DNA of 64,000 bases from Azolla caroliniana (lineage: Eukaryota > Plantae > Polypodiophyta), in assembly GCA_043228905.1 (NCBI GenBank), contig JBHGNT010000014.1:20584001-20648000 (forward strand). Reading direction: 5' to 3'. Of this stretch, positions 62,685-64,000 are shown in pieces. The stretch's first letter is position 1. Each line of letters starts with the position of its first letter. Under the pieces are notes generated by a model that worked only from the letters and a program-made list of their open reading frames with translations, was not told the DNA's origin and ran no database searches. The translations under genes and the position numbers were made by a program.

Positions 62685-63242
62685 TAACAATCGGCAACGG
62701 TTCGGTTCGGTTTGAGAGGGTCCAAACCGAACCGTTAAATTTTTTTGAAACCTGAACCAAACCGAACCAAACCGCGAAACCTTTAAACCGAACCGTTAAA
62801 CATTTTTCAAACTGTTAAACCTTTAAACCGTAAAAACCGCGGTTTTGTGGTTCGGTTTCGGTTTTCTACATACGTCAATTTGTTATTTTTTATTTTTTTA
62901 AAATTTATAATATTTCATTATTTAGAATTTTTAAAAATTTTAAGATGTTCCTAAAATGTGAGAATAAGAGTAAAAATGAAAAGATTGTTTAAAAACAATT
63001 TTTAAAATTGTTTAGAATTTTTTTTAAATTTTTTAAATTTTTAAAAATAAAAAATAAAAAATAAAAACTGTTAAACCGTTAAAACTGCGGTTTTTGACTG
63101 TTGAAACCAAACCGAAACTGAACCAAACCGTTAAAAAAAACCTAAACCTGAACCAAACCGAACCAAACCGGTGAATCGTTTAGCCGTTAAACCGCGGTTT
63201 CGCAGTTCGGTTTGGTTCAAACTGAACCGTTGCCGATTGTTA
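62685..63242. mobile_element. hAT-type MITE (family B), second copy, inverted relative to 44328-44779
   Basis: Perfect 19-bp TIR TAACAATCGGCAACGGTTC / GAACCGTTGCCGATTGTTA. 8-bp TSD GTGTAAAT at 62677-62684 and 63243-63250. Confidence 0.93.
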
Positions 63243-63338
63243 GTGTAAATCATGTTTTTCATGTTGAGGGTTTAGGGTTTAGGAAAATATGGTTTTGCTT
63301 GATTTCTATATGATTTCTTTTACTTGAATTAGGGTTTA

Positions 63339-63520
63339 GCTTTTGCTTGATTTTAAATTCATGCTTTTGCTTGATTTTAGATTCATGTTTTTGCTTGATT
63401 TTAGACTCATGCTTTCGCTTGATTTTAGATTTATGTTTTTGCTTGATTTTAGACTCATGCTTTCGCTTGATTTTAGATTCATGCTTTTGCGTGATTTTAG
63501 ATTCATGCTTTTGCTTGATC
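63339..63520. repeat. 24-bp minisatellite x about 7.5
   Basis: GCTTTTGCTTGATTTTAGATTCAT units in tandem with no spacers. Confidence 0.95.
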
Positions 63521-63687
63521 CTGTAGATGGTTGCCTAGTCCAAGTACAAAGAGTGGTTGGATCCCGATAACAATGACATATATCCAACAGAAGGGAGGTA
63601 TGTCACAAACCAATTTTGATTGCTAGTGGTAATGATGTGTGATGCTTTCGCTTGATTTTTGATTCATGCTTTTGCTTGATCCTGTAG

Positions 63688-63980
63688 ATGGCTGCCGAGT
63701 CCAAGTACAAAGAGTGGTTGGATCCCGATAACAATGACATATATCCAATAGAAGGGAGGCATGTCACAAACCAAATTTGATTGCTAGTAGTAATGATGTG
63801 TGATGCATGTATGCTGATTAATGATTTGTTAAAGGGTTTTTGTTAGAGGAGATTGGAGAAATTGTGCATCTTACACGTCTGAGGGTGGAAAGAGGTTGGA
63901 CCAAGGACTAGCGGTTTCTCCTCCTCGGTTTGACCCCATATTTGGTATGGCATCGTTCAAGGAAGATGCTCCTCCAAATG
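63688..63980 (+). CDS. Putative first two exons (63688-63758, 63847-63980) of an unknown, probably transposon-borne gene
   Basis: Joined frame MAAESKYKEWLDPDNNDIYPIEGR|GDWRNCASYTSEGGKRLDQGLAVSPPRFDPIFGMASFKEDAPPN is open. CTGTAG acceptor lies before the ATG, a GC donor at 63759, a TTAG acceptor at 63846 and a GTATGT donor at 63981. No domain recognised. Confidence 0.35.
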
Positions 63981-64000
63981 GTATGTGGATGTACTTCATT

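Larger units (their letters stand above)
61867..64000 (+). mobile_element. Probable left end of a DNA transposon (MULE-like GGGAAAA terminus, subterminal repeats, TTTAGGG-rich interior); continues beyond window
   Basis: GGGAAAAAAACGCCC at 61867 is followed by five GGT(C/T)GCCCA(A/C)CC repeats (61901-62017). Degenerate units GGTGTAAAT..TTTCATGTTGAGGGTTTAGGG follow from 62207 to 63340. The other end is not visible. Confidence 0.45.

Noticed and set aside
62207-63340. True telomere or chromosome end
   Set aside because: TTTAGGG motifs are short, degenerate and interspersed in longer units, with complex sequence continuing on both sides.
63336-63587. Repetitive ORFs on both strands (MNLKSSKS / LDFRFMLL) and a CRISPR-like look
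   Set aside because: Translation of a 24-bp minisatellite; no unique spacers, no cas genes, eukaryotic context.

Overview
Eukaryotic land-plant nuclear DNA. A fern or other non-seed vascular plant is my inference from the TE-stuffed introns and the LINE type; it is not proven. Four host genes are recognisable: a PORR-domain organellar RNA-splicing factor (1-668, minus, runs off the window and is absent from the ORF track); the NuA4 scaffold EAF1 (about 3582-21920, minus, multi-exon, HSA and SANT domains); a GT43 xylan beta-1,4-xylosyltransferase, IRX9-like (41588-52986, plus, last intron 9.7 kb); and an intact, intronless U2AF65/U2AF2-like gene (55176-56912, probable retrogene). The rest is mostly transposon material. 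It includes a three-level Copia nest with all three TSDs readable (27004-38389), two RT-deleted Copia copies in introns, several copies of an RTEX/CR1-group-like LINE with a 3' hairpin and (TTTC)n tail, and two hAT-type MITEs with 8-bp TSDs. The right end holds a probable DNA-transposon terminus carrying TTTAGGG-rich repeats and the start of an unknown spliced ORF. No rRNA, tRNA or CRISPR was seen. I found no clearly new multi-gene system. The best leads are the LINE family, the U2AF65 retrogene, an overlapping uORF at the EAF1 start and the telomere-repeat-bearing element. All family assignments come from motif recognition by eye, without database searches.
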